Below, piece after piece: positions 24,060-36,560 of a stretch of 64,000 nt of DNA. The notes beneath the pieces are model-generated. The model saw only the letters and a list, made by a program, of their open reading frames with translations. It searched no databases and had not been told where the DNA came from. The stretch is from Perna viridis (lineage: Eukaryota): assembly GCA_037379345.1 (NCBI GenBank), contig CM074523.1, positions 1,434,525 through 1,498,524 on the forward strand. The letters are read 5' to 3'. The position numbers and the translations under genes were made by a program. How positions within the stretch are numbered: the first letter of the stretch is position 1; every line of letters begins with the position of its first letter.

Positions 24060-25839
24060 TCCCTGACCAATCTGCACAACAGTATTTGAGAAATGGATGA
24101 CCAGTGATGGAATGATTGCTGCAGATCGAAGACCAATGACCGGTCTATCACAGTTTTGTTATATATAATGGCAGATGATTGGTTCATGTAAATTTTGGAA
24201 TTTTCATTTGAATGTATCCATTCACGCTATTTAAAATTTACTTTGAATTTAAAATATGAAATCAACATTTTTTATATCATTATAAAAAGTAAATATTCAA
24301 GAAAAGAAATCAAATTATCTCCATTTATATCATGTTAGTTAATAACAAACTAATCCATAGAATATGTATAGCGATCAGTGGTCATGTGATCAGGATGAAC
24401 ACCGGGTCTGACAAATCAATTACTGATTGGTAACCAATAGGTAATCCTTGACATATCACAGTTATAGTTGCAAGGATAGGTTCAGGGGTGTGTTCCCATT
24501 TCGCCTTAGCTCTGAATTACAGGTGATAAAAGGTAAAAAAGTACTAAGGCGAAATGGGAATTTATATATTTTTCTGTTGTAAAAACGAAGTGAGGTGTTG
24601 TCACAATGATTAAGACAAAACATTTAAATCAATTTTTATCATTTTTTTCTTCTTCTTAAGCTATAAATTTAAAGTTTTTGAATACTTTTCAATATAAAAA
24701 AAATACTTTTAAAATATATGCAATTTTATTTTTTGTGTATGAGTACATACAATTCAGGGACCAATAAAGAAAAAAAACCAAACAAAAATTTAGTTCAAAA
24801 ATGAAATATGATATTTTAAAAATAAATTTAATGAGTGAATATGCATATAGGATTGGATTAAATTAATGAAGTTATTATCAAAGTACTTATTACAAACATG
24901 TTATCTTCACATTCTTTATTTATTCGCAAATTCAGTAACAATAAATTGACATTATTTATTGGGGAGCATAAATAATTGTTAATTAAACGAAGTAAGCTAA
25001 CCATCTAAACATACTAAAGGTTAATTTGCTTATACTTAAAGCTTTGTAACTTGTTGCAATTTTGTCCTTAAAAATTCTATAACAATTCTAACCATTGAAG
25101 CACATGTATGCTAGTGTCACAACCAGATATTGTCGCCATCTTGAGTCTTACATATGTACTACTGCAGTGAGAAGAACTGCATCTACTTTGGAGATGCAAT
25201 CTCGCCGTCTTGAAGCTTCATTGAATATTATATATGGTCTATGAACCTTCACAACTGTGCTGCTGTGCTCAGTCTGAAACTGTCTTCCGCAGTTGTTTTT
25301 AATTTTGTTCTGCTGGAATCATGATTTATAACGATTTTTCTCAATTTTGTTGTATGTTAATGTAGATTTTAATTTGCCTCTTTATTTCTGTGTATTCAAA
25401 AAATAGGACGTGTCAAGCTATTATGAAAGTGCTCATTCATATCATATTTTCATGTTTAATTTGAATTTTGTTATTCACACTTATTATTGATAGAATCTAC
25501 CAAATAAAAAAGAGGGGGTAAAGTCCATTCTTAAAAAAAATGACCAAAAAACCCAACAAATTCCACTTAATAATTCACAGAATAAATAATAAATGAAATA
25601 ACAAAAAACAAAAAACAAAAAAAAAATACCATCAAACAAGATCTACATATCCGTTCTTGTAATATGTGTATATAAAGTTTAATTGCTACAAAAACACAAA
25701 GTAGCACTTAATTACATTTTTACATAAGTTCCCTTTTTGCCTTAGTTTACTCCAAATTTTACTAAGGCGAAATGTGAAAAAAATTATCTACCAAATTTGA
25801 CAGCTAAGGCGAAATGGGAACAAGCCGGTTCAGGTACTG
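24060..25839 (-). mobile_element. Old family-1 MITE whose right TIR is split by a second element
   Basis: degenerate family-1 body at 24060-24486; TIR remainder ggttcaggtactg resumes at 25827. Confidence 0.7.
24487..25826. mobile_element. Non-autonomous DNA transposon (MULE/hAT-like): GG...CC ends, 8-bp TSD ggttcagg
   Basis: TIRs ggtgtgttcccatttcgccttagct / agctaaggcgaaatgggaacaagcc; TSD at 24479-24486 and 25827-25834; subterminal taaggcgaaat copies. Confidence 0.88.
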
Positions 25840-26544
25840 TGTCTTTTAATTATATTTCTAGTTAGAGTTTAAAGGGCCACAACAAACATGAATGTGACAA
25901 TTAGGTGGGTTTTGTAGGAATGAAAATCTACTTTATTTCAAAAGTGTGACAACCAAAACAAAGATTAGTAATGTGGTTTCGAACTCTTCCCTAATAAGAA
26001 GTAAAAAGTGAATTTTGAGAGTTTTTGACATGAATGAATCATCTCTTGTCAGATACTTATAAAGTCTAATATCACAAAAAGATGAAAAGGTAATATATGC
26101 ATAATTCAACTACAAAAATACATTGAAATAATAGGAATATTGTAAATGTAGTTATATATACTGTTTATCCATGAAAATAATTGGTCATGTTTACACTCAC
26201 ACAGTAATTATAAGCTTTGCCAGATGATAATGATTATAAGTGCATTGGATAAAAGCAAGTAAATATGGAAGTTTAATGGTATACATTTTACGGGGGAGTG
26301 TTTTGTAATCATGTCTATGAACAGAGAGATGAGTTATTGCATGTTGTCATGAAACTTGGGCACAATTTATTGTTCTTTAAAATATCAGTTTGTCTGTTGT
26401 CATAGTAAAACGATAATCTGAGTTCATTTCATAAGTGCTACGGTGAAACCTGTATTGATTGACCTTTCAATAGTTTGTCACATAGTTTTTATATACAGGG
26501 TAAAAATATATAGAATGCTTTACGTAGGGATATTTTAATCAATT

Positions 26545-26984
26545 CAGTACCTGAACCGATCCGTGCACCTATAGATGTGACCGGTCATCGATCACCAATC
26601 AATTTCCCATCCATCAAAGTGATCGGTTAAACCGTTGATCGCATCACTTGACCACTGAGCTGTAAATATATTTAACTGATTCCATCTTTTCGTTTTTATC
26701 AATTTTTACTTTATTTGCTTGATACAATAGATTTAGATCTCAATAAATAATTTTTTTTTTTTGCATTTGTATTATTTTTAACAAATTGCAATATGTGGAT
26801 TAAAATTTCAAGATAATATTAATATGTAATTATATTATATTCTTTCCAATGAAAATTCTCAAGTTTACAAAGAAAACATTTACTAGTATTCATCATTATT
26901 ACATAACAAAACTGCAACTATCAGCAATCAATCAGTCATTGGTTATCGATTTGTCAAATAGTTGCATGAACTGGTTCAGAACTG
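26545..26984 (+). mobile_element. Family-1 MITE (paralogue of 43843-44231)
   Basis: cagtacctgaaccgatccgtgcac ... gttgcatgaactggttcagaactg|ta. Confidence 0.85.
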
Positions 26985-27314
26985 TACCCATAGTCCCTTA
27001 AGGCGAGTTATTGCCGAATGCAGGTAGGCGCAATCACAGGTTTGACTGTAATTTGAGATCAACAACACAACATAACCTTGAGTCCATTTCAGGGTTGTAT
27101 CTGACTGTTACTAAGCATTTTAGGGTTGTATCTGACTGTTACTAAGCATTTAAACATTGAAAGAGACAATGTGAAATATTGATGTCTTTTAATGATAGAT
27201 TGTAGATTGTAACAATTAAAACTAAAAGGCCTAAATTAGTTCTTTATTAAACTGCAACTCAACAAGTAAATGGTAAATTGAAACCACCTTGCTGCGTGTT
27301 CCTTTTTGTTCAGA

Positions 27315-28155
27315 ATGTTTTTAAAACACTGCAATTCTTTTATCAACAACATATTTATCTTGTGTGGTTTACACATATTTCAATAAGTGGGTGGCATTCC
27401 AATTGGATTAAATTTTGCTCCTTTACTCCTTGACTAATTCCTACACTCTTAAGAGCTGATCTATAATCCAAAAGAAGGAGCATTTTTTAGCCAGATCTCT
27501 GTTTCTTCTATATAGATGATGTATTTCCATAAAACAATCCTGGTTTCTGGGATTTTATACATCACATCTTCCTGAAAGAAGTTTAGATAAAGAATACTGA
27601 AGACACTGTGAAGTCAGCCTCATATCTTGACCTTCACTTAGAGAATACTATTGACCAGACCATATGACAAACATGATGACCTTCCATTGCGTATTGTCAA
27701 CTTTTCTTTCATCTATGGCAACATTCAGCACCTGCCTTTGGAGTTTTCACAACTCATACTTTATGCAAGAGCTTGCTGTAACTACGCAAACTTTTTGTAC
27801 CACGCTAGACTTCTTACAATGAGGCTTCTGGAACAGGGTTATGTTGCTACAAGGTTGAAGTCATCACTACAGAAGTTTTATGGTCGTGAACTCATGGATA
27901 GTTACATTGTATCTATCTGCACCACGAAAACCAATGTTCAACATATCATAGTTTTTCTTTTCTCTTTCTTCTGTCCCAGACTTGACACTTTATGAGCAGC
28001 TTGGCATGTGTTTCTTGAAAAGCAGAGGAGAATTACCCTATTGGAGCATATGGTCCATGTTCCCAGATTTTAGTGGAGTCCAAGTTGCTTTTTACTTTTA
28101 CTTTTGTTCAGCTTTATACTTATTATTTCGGTTATTTTATGTTCTTTGTAAACGC
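27315..28155 (+). pseudogene. Degenerate, 5'-truncated Naiad-type Penelope-like RT with 3' end
   Basis: YDKHDD..IVNF...QLILYARAC..RLLEQGY...RLKSSLQKFYGR (ORF 27651-27995); stops and indels upstream. Confidence 0.85.
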
Positions 28156-28186
28156 AAAGATATAAGCCAAAATTTGTCCACAGCTA

Positions 28187-28544
28187 CAGTACCTGAACCA
28201 ATCCGTGCAACAAAAATTGCGATCGGTCATCAATCACTGATCAGTTTCAGGTCAGTCATCAATCCGTCAAATTGATCCATTGAACTGGTGATCGCATCAC
28301 ATGACCACAGAGCAGTAAATGTATTTTATTGTTTCTGCTGTTTTCTTTGTAAATTTTACACATATTTACATAATGTAATTGATTTATACTTTTATTTTAC
28401 ATTTCTTTTATTTAAAACAGATTTTACGTCATTTTACATAACAAAACTGTGATCAGGTCAGTCACCAGTCATCGGTCTGTCAGCGATCAATCAGTCAACG
28501 GTCATCAATTTGTCAAATCGTTGCGCAGATCGGTTAGAGGACTG
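28187..28544 (+). mobile_element. Family-1 MITE, TA TSD; absent from duplication copy B
   Basis: ta|cagtacctgaaccaatccgtgcaac ... gttgcgcagatcggttagaggactg|ta. Confidence 0.88.
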
Positions 28545-29195
28545 TATCTGCTGATCCACACAAAAAGTGAATTGTTTGTAGTTTGGGGTTATTAACGCTT
28601 TCAAATTGAAGACATTTACACCTGTGGTTTAAGAGAAGTTTAACTTTGAAACTTGACCAATTATAGGCATAAATGGCCTCTTGCAGCCATCTTGTATGAT
28701 CAAGTAGTACCAAAATTTTTAAGTTGTTCCTATAATTTCTGTCAATTTTGGTCACCATTGGCTCATTAAAAGGAAAGATAAAGGCCAAAATGTGTTTCTC
28801 CATAGGGTTTCAGTTGGAACTTTGAGTGGCAGCAACCACCCGTGGAGTCGCCTGAATCGTGTTTTTAGAGGACATTGAGGTCATTAACCCTATCGTTTCA
28901 AAACACTAGCACCTGTACTTTCAGAGAATTTGATATTTGAAAATTGCTCAACCAGTAGCTGAAATGGCCTCTGGCGGCTATGTTTTTTAATTAAGTGTAA
29001 CCAAAAATAGATCTTTTGTAAATTTGTGAGGCTTTTGCGTACATTATTTCTGCTAAATGTGTTTAAAATTGGTCAAGGGGTTTCCATGTAGTTGAGCAAA
29101 GTGTGAAATGTTTACGGATGACAGATGACAGGGGACGGACAGTGATCAACAGACGTAAAGTGATGGCTTTGATCCAGGTGTGCTAAAACTAGAAC
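28545..29195 (-). mobile_element. Helentron-associated (HINE)-like element remnant; paralogue at 46500-46995
   Basis: internal repeats aaatggcctct.gc.gccat, aaattggtcaag, gacggac..cagacg.aaagtgat; family assignment by resemblance only. Confidence 0.45.
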
Positions 29196-29706
29196 CTTGG
29201 AAGTAAACACATAAGTGCGTCTGATATGACATTTATTAACAAATATATACATGTAAGAGCATTATGATGCATGTGGTCTTAACCAGAACAGATTGATAGT
29301 TTTATTACAATGATTTTTTCTGAAACAGTCGGTATGGTTTCACCTTTTTACCCTTTGACCTTTAGGATGCTCTTCTATGGAAACGCAGGTCACCTGATCA
29401 CAATTCTGTTTCCCAATGGCGAAATACTGATAACTGAGTGCCATTCGGAAAAACTGTATTGAAACCATGTGCTAATATTCTTGAATGAAATATAGAAACT
29501 TATAAGTAAAAAGAACAAAATTTTACTGCGTCAGCGATCTTTTTTTTTAAAAGATAATACTGGTGTAATTTATCTACTGGTATATGAAAGAATTAGTTTG
29601 ATATTGGTGATGGAAATATTGTAGATACCAGGTAGGAGCTAGAAGTTAATGGCCTCAGAGTTCAGACTTTCTTTAAACAATAGATGATTATGTAATTGCT
29701 TATGTA

Positions 29707-30056
29707 CAGTCCTTGAACCGATCCACGCAACGATTTGACAGATCGATGACCAATGACTGATTGATCACTGACAGATCGATGATCGATGACCGATCTGGTT
29801 GCAGTTTTGTTATGTAAAATGACATAAGGTCTGTTTTAAATAAAAGAAATGTAAAATGAAAATATAAACTGATGTTTAAATTTATCACATTATGTAAATA
29901 TTTGTGTAAAATTGACAAAGAAAACAACAAAAACCGTAAAATACATAGACCACAGAGTCACGTGATGCGATCACCAGTTAAATGGATCGTTTTGACAGAT
30001 CAATGACTGACTGGAAACTGATCAGTGATAGATGACAGATCACAATTTTTGTTGCA
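29707..30056 (-). mobile_element. Family-1 MITE, one end truncated
   Basis: ta|cagtccttgaaccgatccacgcaacgatttgac..., colinear with 13504-13860. Confidence 0.85.
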
Positions 30057-30059
30057 ATT

Positions 30060-30505
30060 GTCTGATTACATGTCTAAACCAAACTGAATTATCCGAAAAC
30101 ATGTCTGAAACAAACTGAAAACTTGTGTAAACCAAAGTCTGAGTTATCTGATAACCTGTCAAAACCAAACTGAAAACCTGTTAAAACCAAACTGAAAACT
30201 TGTGTAAACCAAACTGAGTGATCTGATTACTTATCTGAACCAAACTTTGAATTATCCGAAAACATGTCTAAACCAAACTCTGAATTATCCAAAAACATAT
30301 CTATACCAAACTCTGAGTTATCTGATAACCTGTCTAAACCAAACTGAGTTATCTGATAACCTGTCTAAACCAAACTGAATTATCTGAAAACCTGTCTAAA
30401 CCAAATTCTGAATTATCCGAAAACCTGCATGTCTAAACCAAACTCTAAAAGCTTCTCTTAACCAAGAATAGTTTTAAAACCTGTCAAAACCAAACTCTGA
30501 ATATT
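30060..30505. repeat. ~21-33-bp unit minisatellite (ctgtctaaaccaaactctgaattatctgaaaac)
   Basis: about 14 irregular copies; only about 2 units at the paralogous site 48623-48680. Confidence 0.9.
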
Positions 30506-31060
30506 ACTTATACTTTAAAAGCCCTTTCATAACTGTTTAAATGTATTTGTTTTTCATTGTACTTTTAATTTATACTTGCAATTTTATTATTTTTATCTTG
30601 AACTTGACGTGTCTTCCCTATTATGAAGATAAATATTTGGAGGGACACCTTGTCTCTACAGTCCATGTTGACATTGTTTCTGTCTCCATCTCCACATTTA
30701 GTCCTTTTTTCCCTAATTATGGATGTAAGCCTGAAAATTTGGGCCTCACTTTCTGCGTTTTTATGGTTTTTTTTCTTATTTGTATTACTATATAAATGTG
30801 TCTTTGTTGTTTGCTTTTTAATATTCTCTTTAGTATTTTGAACCTTGATAAACCTGACACCTGTCTAACTAAAGTTTCACTGTATTTTTATTTCCCTTTT
30901 CAAGTTGAGATAACCAAGAGAAGACAACTCTTTCGTACAGTTGTTTGTCTTGATTAGTAACATATCAGATATTATGTTACTAAACTATTTGGACTTATTT
31001 TTCAATGGAAACAAAGTACTAGTACTTGGATTATAATGTCTAATATTTTTTAATACACAG

Positions 31061-31143
31061 GTGGCTGGAGACAGACCAGGTGCCAAACAGCAGACAGTAG
31101 AGGCAGACATCCATGTACCCCCTCCTCATCTTGAGAAACGAAG
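31061..31143 (+). CDS. MYO3: Myosin III tail exon: VAGDRPGAKQQTVEADIHVPPPHLEKR(R)
   Basis: acacag acceptor, aag|gtaagc donor; GC-rich island in an AT-rich intron; phase 0-2 fits both neighbours. Confidence 0.75.
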
Positions 31144-31448
31144 GTAAGCTGATTATGCCCCTTAATGTTTCCCATCCTCAGTACATGGTTAATCTTTTGT
31201 TTGAGTGATACAATGCTGTTTTACTCATTTTTTTTCTTGAGGTAAGTTGATGGGCAAAAGGATCAGAGATAAACTACCCATAAGTACATTAATACAAGAA
31301 ATTTATGGCAGTGTTATTTACTTTATTTGTGTTAAGACCTTTTATGCAAAATATAGCTGTAGTAAATATTTTATTAGAAGAACATGATTATGTTATTTAA
31401 TCTCCATTTTATGATATTTTTAATTGGTCATCTAATAACACTGCATAA

Positions 31449-31584
31449 TGTATAATGGAGTACTACCTTATAAATGTATAATGGAGTACTACCTTATAAA
31501 TGTATAATGGAGTACTACCTTATAATTGTATAATGGAGTTCTACCTTATAAATGTATAATGGAGTACTACCTTATAAATGTATA
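31449..31584. repeat. 26-bp tandem repeat, ~5 copies
   Basis: tgtataatggagtactaccttataaa. Confidence 0.92.
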
Positions 31585-32131
31585 ACATACATGTACATGG
31601 AAACACAATAATTTTATTAAACTACTCAATGAGATAATCATAAGGTTGAGAACTTTGAATTAAATGTTTAATTACTACCAGTCAATATATAGCAGAATGT
31701 ATTTAGAAATGAATTGTATGACAGACAACATCATTTATTATCCCAGAGAGTATTTATGATCAGTCTACCCTAACAACAACAATAAGTTGTTTTGTATGAC
31801 AGTCAAAGTGTCATCCTTAATGAGTAGTTGGTGGAACATCATCAGCAATAACAAATTATGGGAATAACAACCAGTCACATAAACATTGTTATGACTCTTC
31901 TTTCATACCACATGGATACTCCAGTAAGGTCTTGTCTTGATATTTAATGACGACATTATATTTAGAGTCCAGTACAGTGACTCTGTGTTTGTGGTGGTAG
32001 AACATGCATAACAGATCCTATCATTACCAGCCACTCCTTGGGAATCAGAAGAAATATTCTTATCATTGGTTACAGTGTCTATTGTCCCAGTAATACTATT
32101 CAGTCTCACAGAATAAATGTGACCATTTCAG

Positions 32132-32590
32132 TATGAGTGACTTCCTTACTACTCACATCTTCAATTGAGAAGATACAATTGTAAAGTTGTGAACTTGGTT
32201 CTTATATACTGCTGTAGGGTCATATGGTCTGTATTACCACTGATGGTTGATTTCATGGTTCCATCTGAATTCATAACTTTTAATTAAAATTTGAAGATAT
32301 CAGTAACGGCCATCTGTGAGTCCACTAGGTACAACAACCATTATAGTTATTATTCCCTAACTCTACTTTCTGCTGAAGCTGGTGCTGTTCTGGCATTGTG
32401 TATGTTATTTTCTGAGCTTGCTGCGTATGAATGACTTCCTTACTACTCACATCAACAAAGGAGATGATAGTACTACAATGATGTGATACAGCAACTTGAT
32501 TCTCACCTTAGTTGCTGGAATGTAAAATGGTCTGTCATTAACGCTGATGGTTGATTTAATGGTTTCATCTGGATTGATAACTTTTTATTG
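32132..32590. repeat. ~295-bp-period diverged duplication
   Basis: tatga[ga]tgacttccttactactcacatc...ctgatggttgattt.atggtt.catctg..tt.ataactttt occurs twice. Confidence 0.75.
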
Positions 32591-34408
32591 AAATCATGAT
32601 AATGGGACAAACAAGTGTCATTGATGGATATATGGAACTATGGAACAAAGTCCCATAAAAAAGAGAATCAAAATTTCCTGATAATTTGCGTAACAACATA
32701 TGATGTTCTTGCTGCTAAGTTTTAAGAAATTCTGTCATCCTGTTTTCCTCATTTGCAGTGCAATGATAATGCAGTGTTTGATTGGTCTAGCTAGTTGGTA
32801 AATGGACTAGTTCAGAAAACGTATGGCATTCTGGGATTGCCATTGAACATGATGTTCCAGGTTGGTCAAGGCAGATTAAACAATGAAAGCTTCTTGGAAA
32901 TAAAATGATCCATTTGCAACCCCCTGCCCTCTTTGATACATGTAGTATGGACTAAATGTACGAGACAATACTCCCATCATTTATTAATTTCTATCAGCCA
33001 TTATATGTTTGTTTAAATAGAAAATTTGCAGGTGAGAACAACTTTATTTTTCTAGTCTTGGTTGGTCCTCCGTGATAATTTCAGAACCACAGACTTTTCT
33101 CTGCTGTTGCCAATTATCACCTTAGTCTGTTGGTCAGATCTATATGCAATTATTGATCTTCAAGATAGGTATAAAACCCAGAGCATCACCTGTCTCCAAT
33201 ATAAATTGGATTTTCTTAGTTATTATTACAGACATATCTTATTCTTAAGGATTATTTTGTTTTTAATTGATCTGTGTAGTTTTTCTATACTTGTAGCTGT
33301 TCATTAAACAGGTTTGTCAACTTCTGTAAATTAATTATTATGGGTGGATGAATTTGAGGTAAATTTTTGTAGTACTCTAGACACAGCATTTTCTTTACTT
33401 TTTGACCTGTATATCCCCTCTGAATAAACATTTTTTGACAGAGTCATAAAATCATCGCAATTATTTTTAGAATTCATTTGGCAACTTTGAAGTTGAATTT
33501 ATCAATGCTGTTTTGCTATAATTTGTATTAAAGCTGCGGTAATCTTTACTTTTATTTAATCTTTTGGACAGATATTTCTCCAACTCTCTAACATGAAAAT
33601 CTGTCAAAACACTGGGAGTGATTATGATACCATTGCATCTTCTTCAGATTTTTTTATGAAAATGATGTCACGTACAAATAGTTTGTAGTTGTATTACTCG
33701 AATTTTTTCCAAAAGAACATTGAAATGATCAAAAATACAATTATTAGATTACCAATTAACAGGATAATATTGGATGCTCTCATCAAGAAATTCCACATGA
33801 TATTGCCAGTATCAAAATCCAGAGTAAAAAAAAAATAGGTACCATCCTTAAAAGTAGATAGGTGACGCTTTGTTATAAACCAGATCTGATTAAGATTTTA
33901 TTTGGTGAACTGTGTGATCATTGTACTGTGTTTCAAATTTCAATTATTTTATTGGTTCAACAAGTGAATTATTTCCAATTATTCAATATATAAAAGTGAT
34001 GGAAAATATTCCGGACACCAACTCCCCCAAAGGAGCCTTAATTTTCATGTTTGCTATCACATTTGTCCAATGAAACTCGAGGTTGTGAGCTACATCGGTT
34101 AGGTTGCCTTGTTTCAGCATCATAGATGTCACATGATGTCAAAGCAAACACAATACCAACTGCATCAGAAAAACATTAATTCACATTGTGAAGTAAATTC
34201 TGTGATTTCACTTTCTCCCGTCAAAATGTCTCAAAGCATCGAAACACGAATACTATTTCGCTGTACACACAATTTAAAATTTATGTTGAAAATGGCAACT
34301 GTTGAGTCTATGTAATTTTTTGGAAGACATCAATTTTTTGTTTAATCAAAAAAGTCTTTATTAACACTATGCATAATCATTGTAGTATTTATATTGATCT
34401 ATTTCCAG

Positions 34409-34474
34409 AGAGATGAAGGGTGTTATAGAGCCTGAGTCTGCTGAGTATTATAATTCATTTGCACAGAATTCTGG
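34409..34474 (+). CDS. MYO3: Myosin III tail exon: (R)EMKGVIEPESAEYYNSFAQNS(G)
   Basis: ttccag acceptor, gg|gtaagt donor; 66 nt, phase 2-2; YY motif. Confidence 0.75.
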
Positions 34475-35787
34475 GTAAGTTAAAACTAGTGAGTTATTTC
34501 ACTTATTAAGGAATGCAATGTATGTAAACTTATCTAATCCTTTCAAGTGATTGGTGCTCACACATTATATTTGACCATATTCACAAAGAAACATTTTAAA
34601 ATGTACATAATTTAAGCTAATGGAGTAGGCTTGTAGTTGGTTTTTGTTCTTAAACAGCCATTGAAACAGCAAAAATAAGAACAGATATACTGAAACGTAA
34701 CAAATGCATTAGGATATAACAGAAATACAAAATAATAAATAGTTTCAGAGGTCACCAAATGGTCTTCAGTAATTGTAAACAGACCTTTATGACATGTACA
34801 TTCAACTTTACTGGTGTTTATTTATTTCTTTTATAAATGAAATAAGAAAAGATTCAAGTCTATCAGAAAAGATGAAGTTATTTTACTGATACTTTATCTA
34901 TATGCATAAAATATTAATTTCAATTCTGGTCTATAACTACAAACACATTCAATAACTTTTGAACTCTACAGTAGACTGGTAAGTCTTGAAAAGTACATTG
35001 ATGAAAAAAGTACAAAATGTCAATAAAAATATACCCCCGAAAAGCATTAAAATTCAGTAAATTAGAAACAATAAGGAATAGTTCATACATGCTGTAAATA
35101 GAACATGTATTGTATCAAATATTTAAAAATTCTACCCTTAAGATGTGAAAGGTGAAATGTCAAGGACATAGGATCATAATGGGATAATTTCTGCTTTGTT
35201 GTGGTGACTTTATTTTTAGAATTTATAACGCTTCCTTTTTACGTTTATGGACTGCATGCATTTAATCCTTGCCGGTTTTAAAGGACTTTCCCCAATTTTT
35301 ATTGGCTGTTCAATTTCAATCATTTTTTCTTAAGCTCTCTCTATATATATGCTAGTGACCAGATCAATTAACTATGCTGTAAATTCAGAAATTATTTTAC
35401 ATTTTCATAAACACTTCTATAATATATGGTATATTGCTGTTAATTTAATCAGGCTTCAAATGATAGTTTAAAAAAACTTAAAGGGGTTTTCATTATTTTT
35501 TTACATTTTACAATATTTGTCTTCATAAACGGAAGCCATCTTATAGTTTTAATTGCTAATATTTTAGTTCAGACTTACAACTATCTTAAAAAAGGAGTAA
35601 CTGGCATTTCAAGTGTGATGCAGAAGTTATTTACAATCTATACAGTATTTCTTAAAGTTCTAAAAGGTCATGCTGTATGGTTTTTAAATCAAAGTTTAAT
35701 GACATCTTTTCTTATCTATTTATGAATTTACAGTACAGAGATTAATACTTTATTTTTATTATGATGGAAATGATTTTGCTTTTATAG

Positions 35788-36312
35788 ATATTCAAATTCT
35801 AGAAAAGAAGGTAAAATTGAGCCAGATTTAGTTTCGAACAAAGATGAACTTTTAATTGAAAATACAGTGAACGATTTAACAAAAAGACTTGAAGATGAAT
35901 GTGCACTCAGTGTTGTTCACCTGTGGAGCAAAAGACAGCAGGTACCAGCAAATGAGGGAACCAGTCCTGACACGTCCTTTAGCTCAAGTCAGCGGCAACA
36001 ACCTCAAATCTATTTCCCTCCTCCTCCTCCATCCCCCCCGCCAGAGTTACCTTCAACAAGTAATGCACCACCATCCATCCCAGTTCCTCCTCCGCCACCA
36101 CCCCCACCAGGTACAGTGCCACCTACAAAGAGCAAAGCACCGACACCACCTGTGTCAAAGAAGACCAGGGCAGCACCAGTACCTCCTTTGCTATTAAATG
36201 GACTCTCTTCGCCTACGGCAGATGAAAATTCTAATGTGATACCTAGTTCTCTGAAACCTGTGATTCCTAATGGATTCAAAACGAATCCTGGACAAAAAGT
36301 GCAATTCCAAGA
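35788..36312 (+). CDS. MYO3: Myosin III tail exon, proline-rich (YFPPPPPSPPPELP; PVPPPPPPPPG)
   Basis: ttatag acceptor, ga|gtaagt donor; in frame with ORF 35867-36316; phase 2-2. Confidence 0.85.
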
Positions 36313-36364
36313 GTAAGTCGTGTGTGTGTGTGTAGTAAATCAAAACAAAGAGTCATGTTTCCTG

Positions 36365-36560
36365 TTACCAGGAAGAACAAAACAGGGTTGGTAGGTAGGG
36401 AAATTATTTTATTTTTTAAAATCATTCTACTTGGAGTTAATGGGTAAAAAATCTAGACTTCCATGGTACTTGATTAAAAATGGCCATAAATTGTTTAAGA
36501 TAGGCACACAAACAAAGGTAGGTAAGGTAGCAGGAAACAGACGTATTATTTTTTGCCTTA
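36365..36560. mobile_element. MITE fragment (ggtaggtagg...ttttgcctta family); second copy 37965-38152, degenerate third ~37090-37340
   Basis: gagttaatggg.aaa.aatctaga...aaaatggccataaa...agggtagcagg.aacaga.gtattattttt shared between copies. Confidence 0.7.

Noticed and set aside
35889-36279. Alternative-frame ORF 35889-36197 and antisense Gly-rich ORF 36010-36279
   Set aside because: By-products of the proline-rich exon; only the 35867 frame fits the splice phases.
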